NCBI GenBank assembly: GCA_012295275.1
Contig: CM022665.1
Span: forward strand, 26,598,001-26,662,000
DNA from: Chrysomallon squamiferum
Taxonomy: Eukaryota > Animalia > Mollusca
Direction of reading: 5' to 3'
Length of the DNA stretch: 64,000 bases
The translations under genes were made by a program, and so were the position numbers. This document shows, piece by piece, positions 12,186-27,559 of the stretch. Positions within the stretch are counted from its first letter, which is position 1. Each line of letters starts with the position of its first letter. A model generated the notes under the pieces. The model saw only the letters and a list, made by a program, of their open reading frames with translations, did no database searches and was not told where the DNA came from.

Positions 12186-14659
12186 CAAACAAAAAAATAT
12201 ATAGTAAAAGTAAAACTAAAAAAAAAAAAAAAATACACAATTTAGAAATTTGCATATTTAATTCATGCAACCAATTACTAAAAATTTTGTATGCAATTGT
12301 CTACATATAGAAATAGTGTGTTATGCAATTACTAATGGTTTAATATTTTTTTTTTCATTAATAAACCAGACAAACATTTATTAAATTTGTATTTAATAAA
12401 GAACTGAAAACTCTGCTAATAAAACTAACAGCTTAAAATGTTTAAAACAACTGTAATGCAAAGAACAAGTCAGAAATTCTTTTAACTCTGTTACAATTCA
12501 AAAATTTAAACATATTTATAAATAATATCTCCATCCATTTTCATTTTCACTTCTCTCGGTAAACAACAACTATTTTAGTTGGACCAACAAGCAACACGAA
12601 TGTGTTGTACACATATTTAAAACCCGCAAAAAAAACAACCAGTTATTCATGTGTACTCATAGCACCTGCTGAAATTTAAGGCAAGCAAATATCATTCTCC
12701 CAAAAAATTAAAATCAAGTAAATAGTTTGGACATAGGAGTTACAGTGAGATGGAAAACTGTTCTGATTTTCTTATGTTAATTGAAAATGACTAAAATAAT
12801 GGAGTTTTTAAACTGTAATTGCTCACAGACAGTAACTCTCACAAAAAATTTAATTCAATGAAACATTTGTTACCTCCCTTTCCAGATACTATCTACCATA
12901 CTTGCCTTCTTAAATTATTGGTTACATGTTTTTGACCTTTATGGTATAAATTTAGTTATTTAATGCTGATGTGAAACAAATACCTGTCAAACTTGGATCA
13001 GCAAGTACATATGTACACCAACAGTAGGAAACCAACCAATACGTTAACTTTCAAAAACAAAAACAAAAGGAAAAAATTAAAATAGAAAATATAATTAGAA
13101 TTTAAAAAAAATAAAATAAAATAAAAAAAAAAAATTATAAATTTACTGAGTAAGCAAAAAAGAGATGGGGTAGAAAAGTGTAAACAAAATAGAATTAGAA
13201 AAAGAAAACGAAATTAAATATACTGAAGCTATATCTCTAAATATTTAAAGAATTTTTGTTTTTGGTTGAATTTAGAAACTTTTATTTCATCTGGTACTGT
13301 CTATTTATGGCATCAAGAGTAGCTAAGTGGATTTTTTGCACCATTCAAAAGAACTAAGAAATGAGCATAATAAAAAATAATAATAATAAAAACCATCATT
13401 TTATGGATACAGCAAATAAACCAATAATTAAGAAACTACCATCTGAAAATATTTAACACCCTGCAGATTAAAATGTTTATAAACTTAACTGAAAGATTAA
13501 ATATTTATTAATTTCACTAAATAATGAACTACAATATATATCAATTTTTAGTAAATTACTGAACTAACAAAGATTATTTTTAAAAGGACTATTGTATTAT
13601 TTCATGAAGTAAAAAATGCAGTTACTATAACAGGAAATGTTTAAACTAATGTTACAAATTTATCTGAAAATATTTAAATACCAGAAATAGGAAGGTCCAT
13701 GAAATAGATTGTCGTTATATTGAATTCAGATTAATGTACTAATTTTTGCTTTGAAGTTTTTAAATTTGAATAAGTAAAAAAAAATAATAAACATAAAAAT
13801 CATGAGAAATAAATATATAAAACAAAAAATAACAGTAATAAATGTAATAACAATCTAAGCACAAAAGTAAAATGTAGAGAAAAATTTAAACTAACTAAAA
13901 TGTTTAATAATATATTAGTAATTAAATTAAACATATTTTAGATGCAGATGGATGCCAAAATGAAGAAAAATATCATAACATTTTCATTTAATGACATTAA
14001 AAATATATATATTTTTTTTTTTTTTTAAATTTACAAATTTTAGTATAACAAACAAAAATTAAATTAACTTTTTAAAATTTAGTTTTGAGAAAATTGGCAG
14101 TTTAATATATTTTTCCCAACATCAGAACTTCATGGGAAATGGCACATTAAGGACAATTTAAGTCAGCTTTTGTTGACCCTGAAACTGGCATTCTGGACAT
14201 TTTATTAGTGTCACTTCACTGACATTAAAATTCAAACTTTGTAAATGAGATGAAACAAAAGTTTAATTACAGGCATAAATTTCCCATTAATATAATTTAA
14301 AAGTTTTCATCTACAGATTATTAATATTGTTTAGATGTTTTCAAAACAAAATTTAAAAAACAGGAAAGTTAAAAAGAACAAAAATAGCCCCCAAATCTTA
14401 TGCTTGATAAAGTTAAAAAGGATAATATTAATAAATGAAAATTAAACAGCCAAAATTAAGAAAAAAAAAAAAAAAACTTAAATGAAAATAAAAATTAAAA
14501 AAAACCCAAAAAAAACCTATTAAAATGGAGCTAATTATTAAAAGTTCATTTATGAACTGAATTTGTTTTTCCCGAAAAAGCGGAAAATGAATGTAGGAAG
14601 TGACCTCGAAGAATATCTGCAAGACTGAGATGGATCTTTCCTGCAGCTCCAGTCATCAC

Positions 14660-16898
14660 TTATCCAGAAGCCATTATCACATTGCATTCCTCATCTTTGT
14701 CATTATTCTTGACAGGCTGTTCAGATAAAAATACAAGGAATAAATATGATATCATTTTATATGTTTATTATGTTAAATTATAGGGTATCTTTATATGTAA
14801 ATGCTAAATTAAATGTGATAAAACATTATTATTGTATTTAATGAGTTAATTTGGACATCTTCACATTTCCAAACAAAATACAAAACATCACATAAAACAC
14901 ACACACTAACACACATGAATGTGTGTACATAATACCCATATATACATATACTAACAAATTGTACAAGCATTCATTTTGTTTCTTGTTCAACATATAATAT
15001 CACTAACATAAAAAAAAAAAAAATTTTTAAAAAAAATCTGTGTCTACAAACTTACCAAGTCTTTATCGACTGTCCAATCATCATCCACGCAAAATCTAAC
15101 CAGATTTTCTCCAGGAGGCATGTCTATAGTTGCAGCAAAACCATCATCACTAAAACAAAGAAATTAAATATTATACATTTCTTTTTTAAATTCTTAAAAA
15201 CAAATAATAATTAAGAATAAGTTATTCTCAAAGACAAACTGACTTGTTCATCATTATATATATATATGTATATATATGTATATATAATTGTAATGGTTAT
15301 TAAATTATGTATAATTTTATCTGTCGGTATAAGTATGCCTATTTTTGATTTGTGACTTTATAAAAGGAAGTTAATGAAAATTTGTGTTAGTGTATGTGCC
15401 TCTGTTTTTATATTTATAATGTAGGATCACATTTTATTTTCATATATATATATATATATTGGAACAAATATGTAGCATGTCAGCTCTCACTTCAGGTTTT
15501 TAACCTGTATGTTTTTGGTAGTATTATATGTAAAATATAACTTGAATTATATGATTAAGAATTCTGTGTCCTAAACCATTGCAGTGTATTACAAAATATT
15601 AGAATGAAACACAAACTAAAAGTTTTCTTACATGTAACCTAAGTAGTTAAATCTTTCAAGACCTAACTTATACATACAAATAAAATTTAGAAAAATCCAT
15701 TATTTAAGCCAATAAAATCTGACTGACAGATTTAATTTCCTCTTTCCTAGAACAAGACAATTTTCACTACTAGATCTTTATTAAAGTAATCTACATAGAG
15801 AGTGTTCTTACGTGCTCTCCAGTGGAACCTTGTCTCCCCAGTTGTTGAATGTTCCATTCACTGCGACACTGGCAGCCTCACCTGTCCATTTAACTACAGT
15901 TGCCACCTTGGCCTTCAATGATAATATCAAATATTACAATACACATATGGCTTTACAATGTCATTATCCTTTTCTAATAACCATTCATAATACTTGTTGT
16001 TTTGGGGATTTTTTTTAATTAATTTTTTTTTACCTAATTTTGGTGAACAAATGTTTTTTTATTCATGTCAGTCTGTTTAGTCTAGCTTGTGGGAAATGTT
16101 TGCCTTTAATATGAGGTATTTTAAAATTTCAAATAAGTAAAAGACAGCAATTTTTCTAAGGAATTATAATTACCAAAAATGTAACAAAAATACTGAAAGA
16201 TATTTATCAAGAAACTATAAATAGTGCATCAGTAACAGATAGTCATTCATTCTTTAACAGGGATAGGATTTGTGATTCATCACAGAAGAATAAAATGTTA
16301 CTGACTGCAGCTTGTTCACCAGGCGATTCCGCTGGAGCCGGTTCCGGTTCCGATTCTGGTGCGGCTGCTGCTTCTGCTGCTGCTGCTGCTGCTGGTACTT
16401 CAACATCAGATGGTCGTTCTACTTTTGGTGTTGCAGGAGGTGGTGTAGGAGGCTTACTTTCGGTTTTCTGAAATCAGACATACAAATTATGTTTTAAAAA
16501 TTTACAAACCACTAAAGAGAAACACCTTTTTTTATGTTTTTTTAAACATTTTAGGATCAATCAGTGACATCAATCCAGTGACAAAAACAACAAAAATGAA
16601 TGCAACTTTTAATAAAGATGTGGGAAACATTTTAATGATATAGGCAATACAAACTGTGTTTATAGCTTAAAATTTATGGTTGTTATTAAAAAATATAGAT
16701 ACTTCATGCATACATGTATGCAAAAGTAATTTCATATTAATCATACTATATTTAATATTATACAACAATAGATATCACACATCTGTGACTAAGACCTATC
16801 AGATTAATTTTTATACATACTGCTGGAACCTCCTCTTCTTTCTGATCCTTCTTCTTGTTTTTATCCTTCTTCTTCTGACGACTGCTTTTGTTGCCCAT
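14660..16898 (-). CDS. Small myristoylation-motif protein with AMPK-beta-type glycogen-binding domain (CBM48), ~163 aa, lacking the alpha/gamma-binding domain
   Basis: Exons 16898-16821, 16467-16306, 15912-15812, 15149-15056, 14716-14660 (492 nt). Protein MGNKSSRQKKKDKNKKKDQKEEEVPA/KTESKPPTPPPATP..AAAAAAEAAAAPESEPEP..EQAA/AKVATVVKWTGEAASVAVNGTFNNWGDKVPLEST/DDGFAATIDMPPGENLVRFCVDDDWTVDKDL/PVKNNDKDEECNVIMASG*. The CBM follows the AMPK-beta pattern TVFRW.GG..V..SGSFNNW..PL..F.AI.DLPEG...KF.VDG.W. Confidence 0.88.
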
Positions 16899-18246
16899 GT
16901 TTATCAAATCAGTTAATTATTTCTTAAACAGATGTTTAGGACTCAATCTGGGTATGCTCACTGATTTTGTGAATATCTGAAAGAAATAAAATACATATTC
17001 ATCTGATATTTCATTTCAGAGTTATACAAATAAAAACCTGCTTTGTTAGCAGTAATAGATATTTTCAAGTTTAAAATGAGTACAATCAGTCCTAGAGGCA
17101 GCCCACTTAAGTTGTACCCATAATACTTTCATTTATTTATTTTTTATATGTAACATTAAATAAGTTTAGAAATAATAAAATCAGTAATGGTACTTAATAA
17201 TTAGGATTCAGTTCTTTTTATGCATTTTGCCTGCTCATCTGGAGGCACACTTATACCATTTTATTTCTTCTTCTTTTTTTTTCCTTTCTATTTTACTTTT
17301 TCCTAACATAAATAATATTATAAAATATATAGTTATATGTATTAAATATCATGGAATACAAATATTAGCTACAAAATGTATCTTGGGTATGTCTTTAAAA
17401 AATAAATGAAATATTCTGTGAATTCTTTCTTTTATGCAGATTAAAACATATTTTCTTCATCCAAAGTATTCGTGATTGTATCTGATAACAGAGGTGAGCT
17501 ACAATTTAATTACATGCAAGAAACCATTTAGGTAATGATCTGTAAATGACAAATGTATTTTTGTTCAGACAGTAAGTGTTCAAGATATATAACAGTGCTA
17601 CAAAGAAGTGTTATCTTAGAACAAATGGATTCTTTGGATGTTAATATGGTGCATTGTTCAGATCAGCAGAAACAGTTGCAATGTGATGTTTATGATGCGG
17701 GACATAGATGACACAGACTTATCATTTCAAGCTGAGTTAACATGGTGTATGATTTGGTTGAATGAATATATACAGTATATGAAAAGGATGTTATAAATTC
17801 TTAAACTTCAAGTCGCTGATACATTACAGCTGCATTCTTATAAAAGTCAGACTGTGGATGCACATCATCATGAACATATTTTCAATGTTCCTATTTGAAA
17901 TTTCTACTCTATTATTATCAAATCTACCTGAGAAATTAACAAGAAAATTTCTGCAATTGATGATGCATCCATATAAGGTATCAAATTCTTATAAACTTTC
18001 AGTGCATGTAAAACTGTAATTCCAGTGAGAATTAAACATTTGTGAATCTATCTTAAATAACTGAGCATCAAGTATCTACAATTAACATGTGGCATGTCAT
18101 AACTATTCATACCTGTAAACTTTTATCACTTTTTTAAAGTTTTATTTTTTGTTCCTTTGCAACAATCGTAATAAAAACTATAAAAAGTTCTCGGCATATA
18201 AAAACATAAATCAAAAGCATAAATGTTTAACATTTACAGATTAAAA

Positions 18247-18282
<36 letters not shown>

Positions 18283-19749
18283 ATTTTTAATTTTTAATTT
18301 TTTTTTAATGTTCATTCCAGATTATGATTAAGAAACTGCCCTGCAGAAACTAACCACAGTTAAGTTTGAAGGAATTCGGCATGCAAAAGGTCAATAAACA
18401 TTTACAAGGTACATGTATTTGCACACTGAAGGAGTGGTTGGTCAGACAGTGCAAGACATTACATCATAATGTTCAATGCCAACAGCATCTGAGATTTAAA
18501 AAAACAATTTCTTCTAAAGATCAAGAATAATTTGCTTAACTTGAAAGCTATTCCATTATTCATTCACTTATTGTCAGAGTGTACATATTTTGGTATTTAA
18601 CCGTGCGTTTATGTGAATGCATGTGTGTGTGGCTTTCTCTCTGATTATGAACATTTCTGTGCATTTATTTTTCAAAGACAAATGGATTAAGACACAAAAA
18701 GTAAAAGAAAAAGAATGGTCAAAACAACTGAACAGATTTATTAAACTTAAGTGATTTATGAAGGTGGTGGTGCAGTTTTAAAAGTTTTAATTGTAGTAAA
18801 AATATGTTGAAATTAGTGTAATTATATAAGATAAAAATGTGTAGAAATTAGTCAGTGTAATCATATTAAAGATAAAAATAAGTGTAGTGATTTCTCTTTC
18901 AGATCATTAAACAAATGGTCATTTCCAGCAGTGTAATGCATCCAATTTGTAAAACTCAATTAGCCAATTCATTAAGTCCCAAAGGCTACAATTATGTCTG
19001 CAGTGATGGATACATAAGTCAGTAGTTCAGTATTTACTCATTACCAGTATACAGCGATGCCTGAAGCAACAGTGCTAAGAAACATGTATATAAAACAGCT
19101 TCTAGTCTTACTTGTTTACAAATGGGAGAAATAAAGCAAAGTGTAAGTTTAGAGTAAAACTCACCTGGTTTGTTGCATTTCTTAATCAAAATAGCACAAG
19201 TACACACAGTTTAAAACACATCAAAGCACATATAAACACACCTGTACACCCACATACATATACTTACATATATAAATCTCTGTTATAATGTTAATTCCCT
19301 GAATATTAATTATTCCACAAATTATAAAATGTGACTTTTATAAAGTATTCACCTTTTAATTTGTATTGTCCAAAATAAAAACAAACTAAACAAAACAAAT
19401 CATAAACACTAGCTCGACATAGTATTATTAACTTTGTCAAATGATAATCTGCATTTTTTTTTTTATTATTATTATTACTGTTAACAGATTTTTTTAAATT
19501 GATACTCTGCTGAGTGATTTTTCAACTGTTGCCAAATCTATTATGTCAGGATATGCCCATATATGGAAAACAGTGGGCAGTGCAAACATGTAATTACCAT
19601 ATAAGTAATTTTGAAAGTCACCTTCAGGCTGCAGTAAAGTTGTCATCAAAATTATGTTTATACAAACATTTGAACCATCAGCCTGTCATCAGTTTCATAT
19701 TTACTTGGCAGGTGTAAATGTAGCACATACCTAACACACACAGACTGTG

Positions 19750-19785
<36 letters not shown>

Positions 19786-20711
19786 CATACATAAATACCA
19801 TAAAACCATAGATATACAGTAATAATATGATAATAATGGTGAAGGTGATAATGATGACATTTATAATTATAACAATAACAATAATAACAACAACAGTAAC
19901 AATTCTTCTTGTTATTATTAAACATTTTTTTAAATTATAATTCTTAGATATAGTCTAAAAATCAAAAGTAAACAAAGAAACACACCAATAAACTCAAATA
20001 CAAAGTATGCATACATACATATATACCTACATACATATACTAACACCTGACTTTTATCATTTATTTTGTTTAATTAATGATTTAATCTATGTTCTCTACT
20101 AAATGTAGTAATATACTACAATCTTTTATTTTTAAAGTATTTCCTTCAGAAATAGTTATATGAAGATCAAGATCATTTTTTAAGAACAATAATATAGACT
20201 TCAGATGATATACAGTCAAATAATATCCAAATGCTCTCCACTGTTAACTGTTGGCTTGATGACCCCAGCTGTCACATGTTTTTTTTAACCTGTTAACACC
20301 TACATTCAACTGATGATTAAAAGCAATGAACCTAACACATTAAAAATTAATCTGTCTGCACATGTCAAAATTTAAACTTTTTTTAACACTCATCACAGCA
20401 TTCTGTGAATACCGAACTAATGTAATGATAATAATAATCAGAAGTTTAAATAAATAGCCAAATAGCAAATTTAATATTTATTTAAAATGACATTTTTAGC
20501 TCTTGACAGAAAAAGATATCAATCTTTATCAATACGCATGTCATTTTTGCTGTAGATGTTAAGTTTTATTTGTTCTCTTGATTAATATCATTCTTATATT
20601 AACTGTAATGATTTTTTTTTTTTTTTACCTCATTAAGACTGTAATTTATTACCATTACTTTAAAAAAAATATATATATATATATATACCTACTTTAAGAG
20701 GTGTATGAATC

Positions 20712-20748
<37 letters not shown>

Positions 20749-23700
20749 CTAAATAGTTATCCCAAATTATTTTATAAATATTAAAACCAGTTTTAAAATA
20801 ATAATAATAAATAAATAAAAACTCTGCAAATATAGTTTTTTTTAAATTTAAAAAAAAAAAAGACAGCACAGCTTTCTGTCCTTCAGAAACTTAACTTACA
20901 TAGCTTTTTCATATTATGGTAATATAACTTATCTTTTTTTTTTCTTTTTTTTTTTAAATATACAATAATAAACATTCAGCTGTAAGAAGACATATAAACA
21001 CTAAACAGACTTACTATATTTACACCTTTAAAAAAATAAACAATGTTAGTAGCACACTTACCAGTTAGCTTAAATCTGTTTTGTGTAATATGTATGAGAT
21101 GTTTCTCTGATTAAGCTTGTAAATGATTGTGAGTCAGCACTGTATTACTTCTGGACTGGGATCTGAACAGTTTGAATGCTCAGTCTCGTATCAATTGAAT
21201 GATCACATAGCCAGAAGAGCAGGCTCTGTTCAACAGGTGTGATTCATATCGATACTTGCTTTTATTTACTTCATAATTCTCACTTAATTAAGCTAAGCCA
21301 ATCTCATTACAGACACATGCTTCATGTCATTTGCCTATTATTATTTTGTTTTTTGATTTGGAATGTTACGAACTTGACATAGTGAATTGGAATTCCTTGG
21401 ATAACAACTATTGTAATAACAACACAGCTAGTGATCTCAACTGATATGTTATTTGTTATAAACAGAATGTTTGTAATGCCATTAAATAGTTATATAATTC
21501 TTTTAATTACAAACAAAAATTGCAAGATTTATACTTGGATGAGACATATTAAAGACAGATAATAAATGGTTGAATGGATGGATTAGTGTAGATGGAAGGT
21601 GATAAATGAAGTGAAAAATTAAAGTAAATCAAGGAGGATGAATGCTACAAACTGAGAAAAAAATTACTGGATACCTTATTAATTGATAACAGTGGGGAAT
21701 GAATTTTTGAAAAGAAAAATATTATAAATGTGCTTATAATGATTCCAAATACTGCTAAGCCTAATCTGACAAAGTTAAGCTATTGTGTATTCGGTAGGAT
21801 TATTTTAGGTGCTGTACATTAGTTTTCTCATTTATACAATTCTGAAATCTGTATCTTAAAATTTGACAAAAAGGATATCTGAAAATAAAATAGTTATTGA
21901 AATTCAATTAAAAAAAAATAATAATTACAATGAACACAATTTTTTTAACTATTTATTCCAGAAAAAGAATATCTGAAAATAAAACTGCTGAAAAACAAAA
22001 TTAATAAAAAAAATAGGTTTTCACCTTGATAACCTTCACTGATTTAATGAATTAGCTTTTGAAATGTTTTATAAACAAGCGGATGTTGGGCACACATAGT
22101 TGAGAATGCAGGGCTGACAGTTTGCAATCAAACATGAAAATAAACAAGTGATCACTTTCCAGTTTACTTCAGTCTTATGTCATGCCTAAGTTCAAAGATT
22201 TCCAAAAGCAAACAATTCCTTTAAACATGGGATCTTTCCCAAGTGTTAACAAGAATAAGGCTCCAGTGATGACTACTTGTTTACGATTTTCTAAATAAAT
22301 AGACTGAAATTCATAAGAAGCATCATTTGAAAAGATGAATAATCTGTTACTATCTTTCTATGTATGTGTACACTGTTAAATATTCGACTTACTGCTTCTT
22401 CTTCTGTTTTTCTCTTATTTAAATTCAACAATGCATGAATTATCTTGAGAAATCATTTTACTTTATAACTTTACTTCTTTTTATGTCTTTGACTTTTGAT
22501 AGTTATTGTTTGGTTCCATTCCTTTGTGAGATTTTTAATCTAGTTTCACAATAAATAATACCCTGTTGAAAATAAACAACTTTAACTGTTAAAATAAGTA
22601 ACTTTCTTAAACCTAATGACAAATGTGATTACATTTTTACAAGTGTAATAAATTACCAGTATCCTGTTACCTATTATTTTTAAAATATAATATTTATAAT
22701 ATTTAAATAAAATATCTCTTATTTCATGATAAGAATCTTAATATGATTTTGACTTATTAATCACTTATAAATTTAACTCATTTATAATAAAATGTTCAAT
22801 TTCAATGCTCAAATTTTAAATTATAAATATATATGTGTATGTATATATAAATTAATGTGTTTCTTTAACAGTTACTGATAACAGTAATCTGCAAGTGTTG
22901 CAATTTTTGTCTTGACTTTCTCAGTTTAATCTAGAAGCTTTAAATAAGTGCCATTTAAGCAGACCTCTTGGAAATGGCACTGAAAGTAGCTATAGATCTG
23001 CCATTATAGCTGCATAGGATCATAATTTGTATCAGGAAGTCAGTGCAATGCTCGCCACTCTGTTTTATAAAGATACAGTCTGAAAGATACTATGCCAGAC
23101 AAGTAAACTTGATGAATGAATTTACTTGTTAAAAGCTGCATTGGCTTATCAATATAAAAGCATTAAGGATTGCAACTAAATGTAAAGTTACAATAAAATG
23201 TTATTTATTTCATTTTTATACTATTATAATTATTATCTTATTTATTTATTTATTTATGTTATTTTATTTATTTTTATTTTTTATTTTTGTTTTGTCTGGA
23301 TCCCAATTTTTATATAATAACTGGTTACTCAAAATAACTTGCAAAACCTTTAACTTTAGAATAAAGACAAATTCAATCATTAATTGCATTGTTAACTTCT
23401 CTGCAACTTGAATATAGTGGACATTTTTATATTTGTGTTAACTAAAGACCAATATTTTGTATGTGGATCATTATATATGTAATTATTTAACACATTAAAT
23501 AGTTACTTTCATGATTCTTTTTAAATTGCAAAAATAATGTTTTATCATAAATCTTTCTTTCTGTATGAAACAAATAAAAGGGATGATAAACAATAAACCA
23601 AAGGTACTCATATAAGTTATTTATATTACCATACACCAAATAATTTCAATTGCAGTTATATCATTAAAAAATTAGATCTTTAAACAAACACTGTAGCCTG

Positions 23701-25014
23701 TATATTTTTGGTTTGGTATTATTTTGTTTCTTTGAAATATTCAACTGCAAAAATGGTACAGATTACAAATCATTACTTTTCTAAATTATTATTAAAGAAT
23801 AATACGTAAGACCTACAAAAGATCCACAACCTTTCTGATAGTTACATACCTGTCTGTGTGATACTTTTTCACAAATAAGGTAGAAATGTGCAGAATTTTT
23901 GCTCACCAGTGACAGAGACTACAAAAGGTCATTACATCTAAGACTGCCTATGACATACACTAGTTATTACAGGCAGGTCACATTCTTCTGAAAGGGTTGA
24001 TATAGATGAAGTGTGACCTTTGCACATCAAAAATTGCATATTGTTACATAGCAAGTTTTCATAGTATTATTATGAATACTTTGTTCTATCATTAGTTATA
24101 AAAATAAGACATACTGACTAATGACATTCAAACTAAAAGAAAATTTACATATGAATTAAAAAAATTATAAAACTATGACAAACCTTTGTGACAAGAGTGC
24201 TGCTGGAAACAACTGTGAATGGTACCAATCGTGTGACTTTTATAACTGCAGACAGAAGTGCATCATTAGCATACTTGATAATCTGCCATATTTTTTTTTT
24301 TTTTGTTGTTAGGTTATTTTTTTTTTTTTTTTTTGTCATTGTTGAAAATATGTTTTTTAATTTTTATTTCAGCTATTACTGCTGAAATAAAAAAAAAATC
24401 TGAATAAAGTGAAATAATATATAAATTAAGTCTCACAAATAAAAAAAAAAGTTTTAAAAAGAATGTTTTACATGCACCTACCTTGTTGCTCTTTGGACCA
24501 CATACATTGAAAGAGGGGCAGAACAAACTCTGACAATTGAACTATAGTGTGCAGCTTTATTCAGATACAAAATATAAAAATTGATTTTTGTAAACTTGTT
24601 ACAAGAAAATTGCTACAGATGAGACTCATGGGTGCATGCAATCACTCTGACCACTTTGTAGCTCTCAGATGAACCCATCACAAAATCAATAGTCAGCTAC
24701 CGCAAACACTTGAGGATTTAGCGACATGCTGTACCAGTACAAACACAGCAATCCAATGATGTGTTTAAAGTAGAGCATAAAAAAAAAAAGTTTTGCATCT
24801 TCTTTAAATTGTCTGTGAATATATTCTGTGTATTTTTCAGTGATATTTTAAGAAACTGATCTAAAATGCATAATATTAATAACATTGTGCTAATATAATA
24901 AGTACAAAATATATTTGGAAATAATTTTTTTTGGATGAAATGAATAAATAGAAAGATGGAAAGTTGCACAAATACTACATTTTTGTAACAATTATTTTAA
25001 CAGGTATTTCCAAA

Positions 25015-25045
<31 letters not shown>

Positions 25046-25261
25046 AACACAGACACACACACACACACACACACATACAAACACACACATATAAAATGCA
25101 TTCATTATGAAATACACAATATTTTAAAATTTAGTAATGCTAATGTGAAAATAAATTTATCTGTAAAAAAAAAATGCTTGAATGAAAATATAGTTTGAAC
25201 ATTAATATCTTTAATGTACAGTATTAATAAAAGTTAATATATTATATAGTTTTTAGTTTCA

Positions 25262-25298
<37 letters not shown>

Positions 25299-25579
25299 AT
25301 AGTATCTGTAAGACAAAGATTTATTTGTTAGAAAACAATCTGAAAAGAAAAATAACAATACTCACACAAATTAAACCAATATAAATTATCCTGTAAAGGA
25401 AGTTGTGTTCAGTCTGATTACAAATGTATTTATCACAAATTACCAATCACAGCTTCCTAGATGTGCACAAATGTCAGTGTCTACAGTAATATGAGAACAA
25501 ATTCTATGCTTAAGAAATCAATTTGGACTTCTCATTCAGACAGCATGATCTAATCCACACAGAAGTTAACTATTGATCC

Positions 25580-25770
25580 TCCAAGGCTGAAAGCAGTCAT
25601 CTCCATCTAGCCACCAACAGATGAGCCAAGCCACTTGCTGTACAAACAGAACATGCTTGATTAACACCCATCTTGTTGTCTGGGTAAACCTGTGTCCCAA
25701 GCCTAACAGATTACCATCATGGGATCAAAACACAGGTTTTCTGTTTCGTGCAGGCACCCACTCGGCCATG
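25580..25770 (-). mobile_element. Possible degenerate tRNA-derived SINE
   Basis: On the minus strand an A-box-like TGGCCGAGTGG (25768-25758) and a B-box-like GTTTTGATCC (~25731-25722) lie at tRNA-like spacing in a locally GC-richer patch. Confidence 0.4.
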
Positions 25771-26878
25771 GAATTGATATTCCACCCACAAATATTTTAC
25801 CACATTTAATAATGCCTATTAGATTATTTCACTGACATTATCTGCTGCTACCTAGTATGACACTAATATATATCAGAGCTTTTTAAGTCTTCAGAATGTT
25901 TATTACTTTATTTGTTATTATTTTTTTATTATTATTATTATTATCATTATTTAAAGAACAGTAAATAACAAAATTTTTCTTCTTTTTTTCCCCACCTCCT
26001 TAGAATGAATTTGTTTTATTTTATTAATAATTTTGACTTATTTTAATTACAGCATGTTAATATCAAGAACCCAAAAATAATTAGATCCTTCAAGAATATA
26101 TATATTTTTTTAACAGAAATGTAAGTTCAAAGTACACTGTATGCATGGGTAATAATAATGTACAAAATAACATCTTAGGTTCTATTAGCATAATTTTTCT
26201 TATGAAATATATTACATAATATAGACAATGAAATTATGTTCAGGAAACTTCCAAACTATCTAAAATTCCTTTAGTAATACGGTTGTTTGCACCTAATTTG
26301 GCAGGTACATCATTTCCTAACTACATAAGAGCTGGGTTAATAGTTCCACTGGCCAAACACTTGATGTTATTTTCTCTCTCTTCAGTTCTGTTTATGACTG
26401 GTAGGCCTGTCAAATCTATTTGTGGGGGCTCTTGGGATGCCAAATTAATGATTTAATTGCAATGTTTGCCTCTAACAGAGCTCAACTGTTAAAACAAACT
26501 GAATGTTAGATCAACTCAAATGCAGATTACCATTTTGACTACAACAGAAAATACAGATCATCTGGTTAAGAACCAGGGTTTTAAATTGATTTTAAAATGG
26601 TTTCTATACATAGCAGTATTACATGCATAAACATATAATATATTTTTTAAATAAACATAAATATGTTAATCCTTATAAAATTTAACTACTATTCTTCAAA
26701 AGTATATTTTTAATAAAAGATTATGTCATTTTGTATTTTTTCCTCAAATAAAAAAAAAAAAATAAATAAATAAATAAATAAAAAAGATATCAACAGAAAA
26801 CATTTCTACTACAATTCACTGGAATCACTTTGAGACACTACAGTCCCAAATCTTAAATACAGAATATTACTGAAACTG

Positions 26879-26910
<32 letters not shown>

Positions 26911-27528
26911 CATACACAAATGGCTGGTAAGACTAGAATAGCCAGATAAATTATTTTGTGTTTAGATATGTAATAAACAACGTAATAAGCCATCAGTTGA
27001 CAATGCCTGTCTTCTAATATCACAGTTTCTCCATCTTTTCAAAACTGTCAGTGACATTGTAAGATTATTGACTTGAGATTGTCCATGTGTTAAAAGGGTA
27101 CACTGTCCAATGTTAAAACAGTGACTTTTCAACATAGACATCTGTGGCAAAGTACATCAATAGATACAGGGAAGTAAATCTGACAGAACAATACACAAGC
27201 AGCAGCTGTTGGCTGTTTGGTTTGCTGATTTAAAATATGACATCTAAATCTGATCTTTGCTAATTTCTTACATTAAATTTGTTACAACCTTCTATATAAA
27301 AGAGCCAGTTTTCTGATGTTTTCAGACATAATTAAGAAACGTTCTCTCAAGAAAAATGTCTTTTTGCAAACTTTATTTATAAAACAGACATATTTTAATT
27401 TTATTACATTTCTCATCTATATTTATATGCAAATGTTACTTTATTTTCTGGATTTATTACATAAAGTACCAGATGAGAAACTTTCATTAGTAAAACTCTT
27501 ATTTTTTCCCATTTTTTTACAGTTATCT

Positions 27529-27559
<31 letters not shown>

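Noticed and set aside
16312-16497. Cys/Arg/Trp-rich 61-aa ORF resembling an antimicrobial peptide or toxin
   Set aside because: It is the antisense reading of the Pro/Ala-rich exon of the CBM gene and starts at TTG.
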